Below, piece by piece: positions 47,921 through 57,066 of a DNA stretch of 64,000 nucleotides (its first letter is position 1; every line of letters begins with the position of its first letter). The position numbers were made by a program, and so were the translations under genes. Under the pieces are notes generated by a model. It saw nothing but the letters and a program-made list of their open reading frames with translations. It searched no databases and was not told where the DNA came from. This DNA is from Balneolaceae bacterium (GTDB lineage Bacteria > Bacteroidota > Rhodothermia > Balneolales > Balneolaceae), in assembly GCA_036381435.1 (NCBI GenBank), contig DASVCW010000045.1, forward strand, positions 54,616 to 118,615. Reading direction: 5' to 3'.

Positions 47921-47938
47921 AAGCAATAAACATGCCAT
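47921..47938 (-). promoter_or_regulatory. sigma-54 promoter for the WecB/TagA gene
   Basis: ATGGCATGTTTATTGCTT on minus strand, 40 bp before the ATG. Confidence 0.75.
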
Positions 47939-48302
47939 TCTTTAGAGTTCCAAAGAGTTTCAAATACCTGTTTATTAATGTTTTAATAAGGGTTTATGCG
48001 TGTAAAAACTATTCTTGCAAAGCGGGGGAGCGTGTAAAAGTTGGACGTGGAACTTCAGAGGCCGGAGAAGAGCTTTTGTTAACCTCAGTAATAAATTTAG
48101 CAGGAATTTTTCCATAAACGGTACCGGCGGAAACCGTAAACTTATTTGGAATACTCTAAAGGCAGAAAAATGGGCTTTAGCAGCTATGGAAAGTGAAAAT
48201 GTTTTCTCAGGGGAAAGGAAAAGTTGTAACACCAGGACTTACATTGAAGAAATTATGTTCATACATTGAAATGGTAGAGTTTTAATCTTGAAAATATGTT
48301 AA

Positions 48303-48899
48303 ATGGATTTAGCCACTTATCTTAATGCAGTTACCGGTTTCTTTGTAATCATTGATCCAATAGGAGCGGCTTTAGTTTTTCATTCGCTGGTACCCGGTGA
48401 CGAAAAACAGCATCGAAAAGTTATGGCCTTCAAAGCTATTACCATTTCCGCTTTGCTTTTAATCATTTTTGGCAATTATGGCCAGCCTTTATTGAATCAG
48501 TTAGGCATTAATATTAACTCTCTGAGAATTGCAGGTGGGCTACTTCTTTTTTATACCGCTTTTAACATGATTACTGAAGATATTGAATATGCTTCTCCAA
48601 CTGAGAAGAAAGATATTTCGGTATTTCCGATGTCAATTCCGTTGCTTGCAGGCCCCGGATCGCTAACGTTGTCAATTCTGCTCTTTTCTAATTCAAACGG
48701 TTCTGCCGAAGATCTCTCCGTACTTGCTGCTATAATTACTATCTGTTTGCTAACATTAATTCTTATGCTCATCTCAAAATATTTGAAAAAAGTAATCGGA
48801 AAGACGGGTGATGAAATTTTAAGACGCTTTTTAGGTGTGATTCTCGCCGCTCTTGCCATTCAATTTATTTATGACGGCATTATCAATATGGTTGCTTAA
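48303..48899 (+). CDS. marC: MarC family membrane protein
   Basis: 'IIDPIG', 'IAGGLLLF', 'FPMSIPLLAGPG', 'RFLGVILAALAIQF'. Confidence 0.92.
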   Translation: MDLATYLNAVTGFFVIIDPIGAALVFHSLVPGDEKQHRKVMAFKAITISALLLIIFGNYGQPLLNQLGININSLRIAGGLLLFYTAFNMITEDIEYASPTEKKDISVFPMSIPLLAGPGSLTLSILLFSNSNGSAEDLSVLAAIITICLLTLILMLISKYLKKVIGKTGDEILRRFLGVILAALAIQFIYDGIINMVA

Positions 48900-49066
48900 A
48901 TAGCACTAAACTTTTTCACCCGTTTGACTGCTTTTGTCACCCGTGAATGGAAAGGATCTACCTTATTTGCCATTGCAAAAAGCATTAAATGAGTGAAAAT
49001 TTATAAAAAGGATGTCTGTAGAAATGGATTGAATCCGTCTTAGGAAAAGGATTATATAAAAATATT

Positions 49067-49090
49067 GAGACGCATGCGATGCGTCTCTAC
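49067..49090 (-). repeat. GTAG-type REP hairpin
   Basis: Minus strand GTAG-AGACGCAT-CGC-ATGCGTCT. Confidence 0.65.
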
Positions 49091-49170
49091 AAGGAGGGCC
49101 AACGAAATTTTAAGGTAGGGGATAGTTTTCGGTAAAAGCTGTGAGGGAACTGTACTTCCGAACCTGACTA

Positions 49171-50679
49171 TTAAAAAGGAGCTTCATCACTATCCGAACC
49201 GGGGCTATGTCCCATGGGGGGAGGCCCGCTGCCATTGCTACTCGTATCATCACCCATATTATTTGCGCCCGGTCCGGGTCGTGCCGAAGTCAGGTTTTCA
49301 AAACGAGCATAATCTTGTACAAAATAGAGGGGAACAACTCCTGTAGGTCCATTACGCTGTTTACCTATTATTAATTCAGCAAGCCCCGTCGTTGATTGTC
49401 CCTCGGGTGTTGTTTTAATACCATAATATTCCGGGCGGTATAAAAAGCAGACAACATCGGCGTCCTGTTCAATCGATCCCGACTCGCGAAGATCACTGAG
49501 CTGAGGACGCTTATCACCGCCGCGCTGTTCCACAGCACGGCTTAACTGCGACAGTGCCACAACAGGAACATCAAGTTCTTTAGCCAGGGCTTTAAGCCCG
49601 CGGGAGATGGATGCAATTTCTTGCTCACGGGTACCGAAATCCTTTCCGGATGCAGTCATTAATTGCAGATAATCAACAACAATCAAACCGATATCATGCT
49701 CGCTTTTTAAGCGGCGGGCTTTAGTGCGCAATTCCATTATGCTGAGTCCCGGAGTATCATCAACAAAAATATTGGCGGTAAATAACCTCCCCGCAGCGTC
49801 AATGAGGCGTTTAAATTCTTCGTCCTTCAGTCGTCCCGAGCGCGCTGCCTGCGCATTAATGCGTCCCTCCATAGTTAGAAGACGCTGCACCAACGATTGA
49901 TTAGACATCTCGAGACTAAAAATCGCCACCTTAGTCTGCAACTTCGGTTCTTGATGAAGGGCAGCATTCCTGGCTGTGGTGAGCACATAAGCTGTCTTAC
50001 CCATAGAAGGACGCGCAGCGATGATAACCAAATCACCCCTCTGCCAACCTGCCGTCATGTTATCAACATCCGTTCCGGTAGGTACGCCGGTAATTCCCGA
50101 AGCCTTGCCTCTAATATCTTCTAAGTAGGAGAGGGTATCTTTAAGCACATCGCCAATAGGCTGTGCCTGAGCACGCTGTTTTGAGTTGGCAAGGTCAAAA
50201 ATTCGCTGTTCGGCCCGGTCCAGTACATCATAGGGATCCGAAGTACTGTCATATGCTTCTTTGATGATATCACTACAGCCTAAAATAAGATTTCGTTTGG
50301 TAGCTTTTTCGGCGATGATTTGTGCATGATAATCAATATTTGCCGCGGAACTTACCGAACGGGTAAGTTCTGAAAGATAGCCCGGACCTCCACAGCTGTC
50401 CAAAAGACCGTTATCGCGCAACTCATTCTCAACCGTTAGCAAATCGAGCGGATTGTCCCGTTCATAAAGATCATATAGAACATCAAAAATATGACGGTGG
50501 GCAGGCTTATAAAAATCATCTGACGAGAGCATCTGGAGGGCAACAGTGGCTGCTTCATGCTCAATAAGCATAGAACCTAAAACGGCTTCCTCAACTTCTA
50601 CTGCCTGGGGCGGTATACGGCCTTCCTGCTCTAAAACTTTGGAATCCGAATTTTTGTAATTGGACTGCTGTGCCGCCAT
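49171..50679 (-). CDS. dnaB: replicative DNA helicase
   Basis: 'PPQAVEVEEAVLGSML', 'AARPSMGKT', 'FSLEM', 'VVDYLQL', 'DLRESGSIEQDAD', 'KQRNGP'. Confidence 0.98.
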   Translation of the reverse strand: MAAQQSNYKNSDSKVLEQEGRIPPQAVEVEEAVLGSMLIEHEAATVALQMLSSDDFYKPAHRHIFDVLYDLYERDNPLDLLTVENELRDNGLLDSCGGPGYLSELTRSVSSAANIDYHAQIIAEKATKRNLILGCSDIIKEAYDSTSDPYDVLDRAEQRIFDLANSKQRAQAQPIGDVLKDTLSYLEDIRGKASGITGVPTGTDVDNMTAGWQRGDLVIIAARPSMGKTAYVLTTARNAALHQEPKLQTKVAIFSLEMSNQSLVQRLLTMEGRINAQAARSGRLKDEEFKRLIDAAGRLFTANIFVDDTPGLSIMELRTKARRLKSEHDIGLIVVDYLQLMTASGKDFGTREQEIASISRGLKALAKELDVPVVALSQLSRAVEQRGGDKRPQLSDLRESGSIEQDADVVCFLYRPEYYGIKTTPEGQSTTGLAELIIGKQRNGPTGVVPLYFVQDYARFENLTSARPGPGANNMGDDTSSNGSGPPPMGHSPGSDSDEAPF

Positions 50680-50851
50680 ACTGTAGATGTTTTACAATGT
50701 TTACTTCTGGGAAAATAGGGGTGCAAAAATATTAAAAAGTGATGGCTTATAAAATACTTACCTCACTTTTAATTATAATAAATGATGATGTTAACTCTAA
50801 GTGGATTTGGAGAAATTAACAAATCATAATTCATCATTCGTAAATTATAAC

Positions 50852-51631
50852 CTAAGGTTTTCCGCCCAGTTCATCATAACGTTTTCTCAACAACTGTACA
50901 TCCTCCCAGGTGGGCCGTTTCCATTTTCTTCGATAGAGCAATGCAGCGGGATGAAAAGTTGCCAACAGTTCATATTTTCCCCTGAAATTATGAAATTTTC
51001 CCCGCATCTTTGTGAGAGATGCATTTGTATCTAACAGCGTTTGTGCAGATACTTTTCCCAATGCTAAAATGAGTTTCGGATCAATCAGTTCGATTTGCTT
51101 TAATAAAAAGGGGAGGCTTCGTTTGCGTTCTTCCGGCAACGGGTCTCTGTTATTAGGCGGACGGTGTTTAAGAATATTGGAGATATATATATCATCACGC
51201 TTAAAATTGATTGCCTCCAAAATTTGATTCAACATTTTACCCGCGCTGCCAACAAATGGCTCGCCTTGTTTATCTTCTTCGGCGCCGGGAGCTTCACCGA
51301 TAAGCATTAAGTCTGCATTGGGATTTCCATCACCAAAAACCATTTTTGTGTTTTTAAGATCGGTTTTAAGCACATCTGCTTTTTCACAAAGTGCTTTGAG
51401 TTCTTCAAGGTTTTGACATTTTTCTATTTCCCTATAAATCTGATTTCCATCATAAACTTCGTCTTCCGGTTCACTTATCTTGTTTGATTCCGGTTTTTCA
51501 GCTTCCGGTTTTGATGATTTCCGGGTTAGAGAGTCTCTCATAGAAAAATCGCCATATAGTTCACGTTCCTTTTTTATGAACGAAATAACTTCTTCGATCA
51601 ATGTGGATGGATTTTGGGAGGAATTTGCCAT
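50852..51631 (-). CDS. uracil-DNA glycosylase family 4
   Basis: '[17 protein letters not shown]', '[11 protein letters not shown]', 'HPAALL'. Confidence 0.93.
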   Translation of the reverse strand: MANSSQNPSTLIEEVISFIKKERELYGDFSMRDSLTRKSSKPEAEKPESNKISEPEDEVYDGNQIYREIEKCQNLEELKALCEKADVLKTDLKNTKMVFGDGNPNADLMLIGEAPGAEEDKQGEPFVGSAGKMLNQILEAINFKRDDIYISNILKHRPPNNRDPLPEERKRSLPFLLKQIELIDPKLILALGKVSAQTLLDTNASLTKMRGKFHNFRGKYELLATFHPAALLYRRKWKRPTWEDVQLLRKRYDELGGKP

Positions 51632-51669
51632 AGTTGATTTATTTAATTCTGTTGAATGTTGCCTTTTTT

Positions 51670-51802
51670 ACCCCTAAATCCCCTAAAGGGGACTTTTGGA
51701 AACTGCCTTTTTCAAAGACCGTCGCCCTTAATAATGTGGTTTATAAAATAAGGTTGAGTCCTTCAATTCGAGCAAGAATAAGTCCTTTAGGGATTTAGGG
51801 GT
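51670..51802. repeat. MITE-like element related to family A
   Basis: acccctaaatcccctaaaggggactt ... aagtcctttagggatttaggggt inverted ends. Confidence 0.7.
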
Positions 51803-51821
51803 GCCGGGAACAACAAAATTA

Positions 51822-51986
51822 TCAGCATTTGAGCCATCGCTCCATTCGTTTTTCGGCATCATCATGTAACACTATCCGGCCTTCAATGATCGCTTTTTCT
51901 CCTTGGGCTAATCCTTCTAAAATTTTCAACTTTTGCTGAAGTCTGTCCGTCTGATCTTTAAATACTGTAATTAATTCTGTTTTCAT
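51822..51986 (-). pseudogene. internally deleted Phd-family antitoxin remnant (54 aa ORF)
   Basis: MKTELITVFKDQTDRLQQKLKILEGLAQGEKAIIEGRIVLHDDAEKRMERWLKC resembles the N- and C-termini of Phd antitoxins with the middle missing; overlapping ATGGCTCAA could be the start of a lost toxin. Confidence 0.55.
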
Positions 51987-52019
51987 AGTGTTTTCAGCAA
52001 GTTTAACAAATATATTAAT

Positions 52020-53354
52020 CTATCCCACCAGTTCAGCAATTACGTCCTGTTCTCTCTTCACTGCGGGAGCTAATTTTCCAACCAGATAAGCCTGCTTCGA
52101 CCGTGCCCCGAGCTGAACAGGCAAAATCTTGTTTTCATACTGCGGATTGAAAGGAACTCCTACTCGAACATAATTATCGGTCCAGCCCAACATCATACCA
52201 TCTTTCTCAGCACCTTCAAACAAAACGGAACGGACTTCGCCCGAAAACTTCGTATCAAAATCGAAACGCTTCTTGTGGCTTAGTCGCCGGAGTTTATGCG
52301 TCCGCTCTTTACGAATGCTGTCCTGTATGACAGGTTTAATATTTAAAGCATGGGTATTGGGACGTTCAGAATAGGTGAAAACATGGAGGTAAGAAACAGG
52401 CAAACTGTCTATGAAATCGAAAGATTCCTGAAACAGTTCGTCCGCTTCACCAGGATGACCGGTAATTACATCAACCCCGATGGCAGCATCAGGCATTAAT
52501 TTTTTGATCAGTTCAACCCGTCTGCGATACAGGTCTGATTGATAGCGTCGACGCATCAGCCCCAGCATTTTATCACTGCCGCTTTGCAGGGGCATATGAA
52601 AGTGCGGCTGAATTTTGGCTGAATCAGCCGTAAAACGAATGATATCTTCGTGCATCAAATTAGGCTCAACGGATGAAAACCGGATACGTTCAAGTCCTTC
52701 CACTTTATCCAGCTCCTTCAAAAGCATGAAGAAACTTTCATCGGTACCGCGGCCGAAGTCACCTGCGTTAACACCTGTAATTACCACTTCTTTAAAACCT
52801 TCTTCAACCAGCAATTCTGCATTTTTTACAACCGAGGCAATAGCAGGGCTTCGACTTTTACCGCGGGCAAGTGGAATGGTACAAAACGAGCAACTGTAGC
52901 TGCACCCATCCTGTACTTTCAAAAAGGCACGGGTCCGGTCATCGGCTGAAAAAGCATTGTGAAAATCAACCGTTTCATTGACATCAGCATTGTAAACAAT
53001 TGGTTCAGCACGTTTGGTAAAATGGTCAAACAGTTCAAGCAGTTTGAACTTGTTTTTGGCTCCGAGAACAGCATCCACGCCGTCAATTTTGGCAATTTCT
53101 TCCGGTTCAAGCTGGGCATAGCAACCAATTACTGCAATAAAAGCTTTGGGATTTCTTCGAAGGGCTTGTCGTACTGTTTTTCTGCAGGTACTGTTGGCGC
53201 TTTGAGTAACCGAACAGGTGTTGATGACATAAACATCAGCCTGCTGATCAAAATCGGTAACGGCGTATCCCGCCTGATCAAAATCGCGCTGAATAGCCAT
53301 TGTTTCCGAGTAATTTAGTTTACAGCCGAGGGTTTCAAATGCAACTTTTTTCAT
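52020..53354 (-). CDS. mtaB: tRNA t6A37 methylthiotransferase
   Basis: 'TLGCKLNYSET', 'INTCSVT', radical SAM 'GCSYSCSFC', 'LQSGSD', C-terminal 'GWTDNYVRV'. Confidence 0.93.
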   Translation of the reverse strand: MKKVAFETLGCKLNYSETMAIQRDFDQAGYAVTDFDQQADVYVINTCSVTQSANSTCRKTVRQALRRNPKAFIAVIGCYAQLEPEEIAKIDGVDAVLGAKNKFKLLELFDHFTKRAEPIVYNADVNETVDFHNAFSADDRTRAFLKVQDGCSYSCSFCTIPLARGKSRSPAIASVVKNAELLVEEGFKEVVITGVNAGDFGRGTDESFFMLLKELDKVEGLERIRFSSVEPNLMHEDIIRFTADSAKIQPHFHMPLQSGSDKMLGLMRRRYQSDLYRRRVELIKKLMPDAAIGVDVITGHPGEADELFQESFDFIDSLPVSYLHVFTYSERPNTHALNIKPVIQDSIRKERTHKLRRLSHKKRFDFDTKFSGEVRSVLFEGAEKDGMMLGWTDNYVRVGVPFNPQYENKILPVQLGARSKQAYLVGKLAPAVKREQDVIAELVG

Positions 53355-53444
53355 AGTTCCTTTCGCAGATCAAAGGGGAATGATCAATTTTTCTTCAATG
53401 CTAAAAATACGAAATGAGGCTAAAAATATGAAACAACCGGTAAG

Positions 53445-53481
53445 GCCAATAGCGCGACAGATTAATTTTCGCGCTATTGGC
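53445..53481. other. 13-bp-stem hairpin between the MltB-like gene and mtaB
   Basis: gccaatagcgcga-N11-tcgcgctattggc; no U-tract. Confidence 0.5.
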
Positions 53482-53568
53482 GATGGGACAAATCCTTTAA
53501 TTACATTTCACTTCGAAACCTGAGCAAACTCTCTGCAGTAGGTTAAGAACCAACAAATCTGGAAAGGG

Positions 53569-54423
53569 TTAAATCGAGGCCAGGTAATTCTTTTTGCCTG
53601 CTTCGGCGAGATCTAAGACTGCATCCCTATACAAATCGCTGGGGTTATACCTTAAAACAGCCGTCTCAATATCTCCGGTCCGTTCTTTAAAATAGGCGAG
53701 GTAATTGGCGACCGACAGAATGTTATTGTCCATGTTGTAAAGCTCATTACCCACAAACCATTTATTTAAGGAATAGGGGATGAATTGTGCATACGACATC
53801 GCGCCCGCATAACTGGATTTCAATGACAAAACATCAAGGTTGTTTTTGCGGGTAAAAATCATAAGATGTTTAAGTTGGGCTTTTGCGAAATCACTTCTGT
53901 AATCTACAGCATACATCGAAACATAAGCGTTAAAAGGATTGTATTTGCCAATATATTGTCCAAAAGCTGTTTCAACCCCGATAATGGCCGAAATTACAAA
54001 TTTTGAAATACCGTAGGTTTTCTCCGCCTTTTCAAGCTGTTCATAATGGGTATTAATAAAATCAACAATTTTAGCTGATTTATGCTCAAAACCCAGAATT
54101 TGCTTGTACTCATCAAGTCCGCGTGATTTCCGTTCGGCAGATTTAATAAAACGATCATCAATCCCCTCATAAATTTCAAAGCGAGGATCTTGCATCAGGT
54201 TATCAATATCAAAACCCATTTCTTTAAACTCGTTGATGAGTGAAGTGAGATTGTCCTCATATTTTACAAACTGAGAAAGACTGTCAGGTGAAGCATGATA
54301 AACACCGGAAGATGGTTTCTCGGCAGCTTCCGTATTAACATATTCAACTCCGCAAAATGCCGAAATTATAACAAACAGTGAAGAAAAAAGCGCAATAGTC
54401 AGTATCCTGTAAATCATATCCAC
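53569..54423 (-). CDS. lytic murein transglycosylase, MltB/SLT_2 family
   Basis: 'AIIGVETAFG', 'SSYAGAMSYAQFIP', 'SVANYL', 'RYNPS'. Confidence 0.88.
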   Translation of the reverse strand: MDMIYRILTIALFSSLFVIISAFCGVEYVNTEAAEKPSSGVYHASPDSLSQFVKYEDNLTSLINEFKEMGFDIDNLMQDPRFEIYEGIDDRFIKSAERKSRGLDEYKQILGFEHKSAKIVDFINTHYEQLEKAEKTYGISKFVISAIIGVETAFGQYIGKYNPFNAYVSMYAVDYRSDFAKAQLKHLMIFTRKNNLDVLSLKSSYAGAMSYAQFIPYSLNKWFVGNELYNMDNNILSVANYLAYFKERTGDIETAVLRYNPSDLYRDAVLDLAEAGKKNYLASI

Positions 54424-54970
54424 CTGTAATATAAACTGTTGATTTTTGTAATATTTAGTGTCTATTGATTATAATAAATTTAGTCTTTAATTGAAGGTAT
54501 TTTTTTTCGTTATTTTTATCGCTAAGTTTTTTTAATAACCCAGCGGAACAGGAGAAATAATCTCTTTGGGAGGGAAGGAATTAGGCCGGCTTTTAGTGGC
54601 AACTTGAAACTTTAATGCTTTAGCTTAAGAGAGGGCTGGTAGTAAATTTCTATTTTTCTTGAGTAAGAATTATTCAATTTCGTGCATAATTTTGTACATT
54701 TTCTTCATGCAAGTAACAGCTGACTATTTTTAACCAATTTAAAGTGTACTTTTTCAAAACCCAGAGCAGGATGCTTCATCCGGGGATTTTTGAACCATAA
54801 TTTCATCATAAAAACAATTTTTTCGGGATTTTTCTTCTCACACAAATAATCTGAATAGTAATGATTTTCGTAATTAGTAATTTTTAACTTGTTTTACTGA
54901 TTTTAAGGCTTATTATTGAACAGTTAACAGATTTCATGCCTTTGCAGCAATAAAAGGCTAAATTTTATTC

Positions 54971-56743
54971 ATGGGTAAAGTAAATACGCGCAGACATATC
55001 GGGGATCTCCTTGTAAACAAGGGCGTTATCACTCAGGAGCAAAACCATGAGGCGTTAGCGATACTTGGTGAAGAACCGGAATCATCCAATCGCAGACTGG
55101 GCCAAATTCTTTATCAGGATTTAGGGCTTGACCGGCACAGGGTGATGAAAGAAATCGCCGCTATTTATGCCTTTGATGAAATTTTCAGCGACCGTGAATC
55201 GGTGAACGGGGATGTGATTGAAAAAATTAAATCAAACATCAACGAAATGCCCGCCGAGGTAGTTGATGAACTGGTTCACCAAAAAGCCGTACCCCTAAAA
55301 AAGCATCGCAATTCGCTCACCATTGCTGCGGCAGACCCTTCCGACCCCGTGTTGACGAATGTCGTTTCTAAACTGAATTTTAAACATCACGAAATTCTTT
55401 ATTGTCGGTATGAACTGGTAGAGCAGATCCTGACCCAGGTTTACGAACAGAAAAATGAGTTTCTGGACCTGCTCGAAGATATTGAGTACGAAGAGCCTGA
55501 CCTGGAGGAAGAAAGTGAGGAGATTAATGAAGAAGAGATTGATGCTGAAATTAACCAGAGCATGCTCAATTCTTTGGTTGAGGGCTTTCTGGTTGAGGGC
55601 GTGCGAAAAGGGGTCAGTGATATTCACATCATACCCAGCGGACCCTCAACAACCGATATACGGTTTCGTATTGACGGAAAGCTGCAGCTATGGCATCAGC
55701 AGAGTAATGTAAAACCCGAAGCTATTTCGGCGGTTGTGAAAGACAAAACCCGTAACGTAGACCGTTTTGAGCGTGATGCCTCTCAAGATGGTTTTATACA
55801 GCGTACCGTCGATAATCACAGTATTCGTTACCGGGTTTCCATTATGCCTATGGTAGGTAAAGAATTCGAGCGCAAGTTTGAATCAATTGTAATTCGTATT
55901 CTTGATGACCGGAAGGTAATTACCGACTTAAATGTGTTGGGGCTTCAGGAAAAAGCCAAAGCAGATTTCGTAAAAGCCATCGAAAAACCTTCAGGTATTG
56001 TGATTGTAACCGGACCTACCGGCAGCGGTAAATCCACAACGCTCGTTGCTGCGTTATACTATGTGATTGATCCGACGGTAAACGTACTAACAGTAGAGGA
56101 GCCGGTTGAATATTTAATTTCCGGGGCACGTCAGTTGAAGCTGAGCCACCACATGACTTTCGATCATGCCATGCGAGGAATTTTGCGTCATGATCCTGAT
56201 ATTGTACTTGTAGGTGAGATTCGCGACCTTAAAACGGCAGAAATTGCTATTAAACTGGCGAATACGGGTCACTTAACCTTTTCAACCCTGCACACCAACG
56301 ATGCGCCGAGTGCGATTTCCCGTCTGTATAAGATGGGGGTTGAAACGTTTCTTATTGCCAATGCCGTAAACCTGATTATGGCCCAGCGCCTTGTACGGCG
56401 CCTTTGCAGTGATTGCAAGGAAGTATATGAACCGCATGCTGAGGTAGCTAAAGGCATCGGTTTTACCGAACAAGAGATAGAAGAAACAACCTTCTATAAA
56501 GCAGTGGGATGCGATAAGTGTACCAACGGTTATAAAGGGCGGACAGCCATTATGGAAGCTCTTTATTTCGATAAAGAAATTCGAAAAATGATTCTTGAAT
56601 CGGGCAATGAAATTGATGAAGTTGGCATCAAAGAACACGCAATGAGTCAGGGAATGCTTAGTTTGCGGGGTTCGGGCCGAGAACGAATTAAAAACGGGGT
56701 TACCACTATCGAAGAGATAGTGGCGATTACAATTGAAGATTAG
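54971..56743 (+). CDS. pilB: type IV pilus assembly ATPase (PilB/GspE) with MshEN-like N-terminus
   Basis: 'HIGDLLVNKGVIT...RRLGQIL'; 'SDIHI', 'GPTGSGKSTT', 'TVEEPVE', 'LVGEIRD', 'STLHTN', Zn-binding 'CSDC...CDKC'. Confidence 0.92.
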   Translation: MGKVNTRRHIGDLLVNKGVITQEQNHEALAILGEEPESSNRRLGQILYQDLGLDRHRVMKEIAAIYAFDEIFSDRESVNGDVIEKIKSNINEMPAEVVDELVHQKAVPLKKHRNSLTIAAADPSDPVLTNVVSKLNFKHHEILYCRYELVEQILTQVYEQKNEFLDLLEDIEYEEPDLEEESEEINEEEIDAEINQSMLNSLVEGFLVEGVRKGVSDIHIIPSGPSTTDIRFRIDGKLQLWHQQSNVKPEAISAVVKDKTRNVDRFERDASQDGFIQRTVDNHSIRYRVSIMPMVGKEFERKFESIVIRILDDRKVITDLNVLGLQEKAKADFVKAIEKPSGIVIVTGPTGSGKSTTLVAALYYVIDPTVNVLTVEEPVEYLISGARQLKLSHHMTFDHAMRGILRHDPDIVLVGEIRDLKTAEIAIKLANTGHLTFSTLHTNDAPSAISRLYKMGVETFLIANAVNLIMAQRLVRRLCSDCKEVYEPHAEVAKGIGFTEQEIEETTFYKAVGCDKCTNGYKGRTAIMEALYFDKEIRKMILESGNEIDEVGIKEHAMSQGMLSLRGSGRERIKNGVTTIEEIVAITIED

Positions 56744-56761
56744 AACTACCGCGTTTAATGA

Positions 56762-56865
56762 TTAAAATGAAATATTGACCTGACAGCATACTAGCGGTCT
56801 TCTGGTTCCTGTCAGTGTCTTCACAAACAACGCTGTCAGGCCTTTTGGGCACTTACAGGTTGTTT
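56762..56865. repeat. family C two-hairpin element, copy 2
   Basis: Colinear with 32104..32210. Confidence 0.75.
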
Positions 56866-57066
56866 TAGAAGTTAATCGGCAAATGCGTTAGAACTATAAA
56901 AACCGGAGTGGCTATTACAAAAACTACCTGCAGCCTGCAGGTTTGTATTTTGTTTCAATCGCTTCATCGGTTCATTGAATGAATTTAAAAGTGGTTTTGG
57001 AAGTTAAACAGCGATACAAACAGTGTTTTATGGAGTTGACACAAGTTCAAAATAGGGGATAACACT

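Noticed and set aside
49171-50679. Intein in DnaB
   Set aside because: Helicase motifs are contiguous and the length is normal; the extra C-terminal residues are a low-complexity tail.
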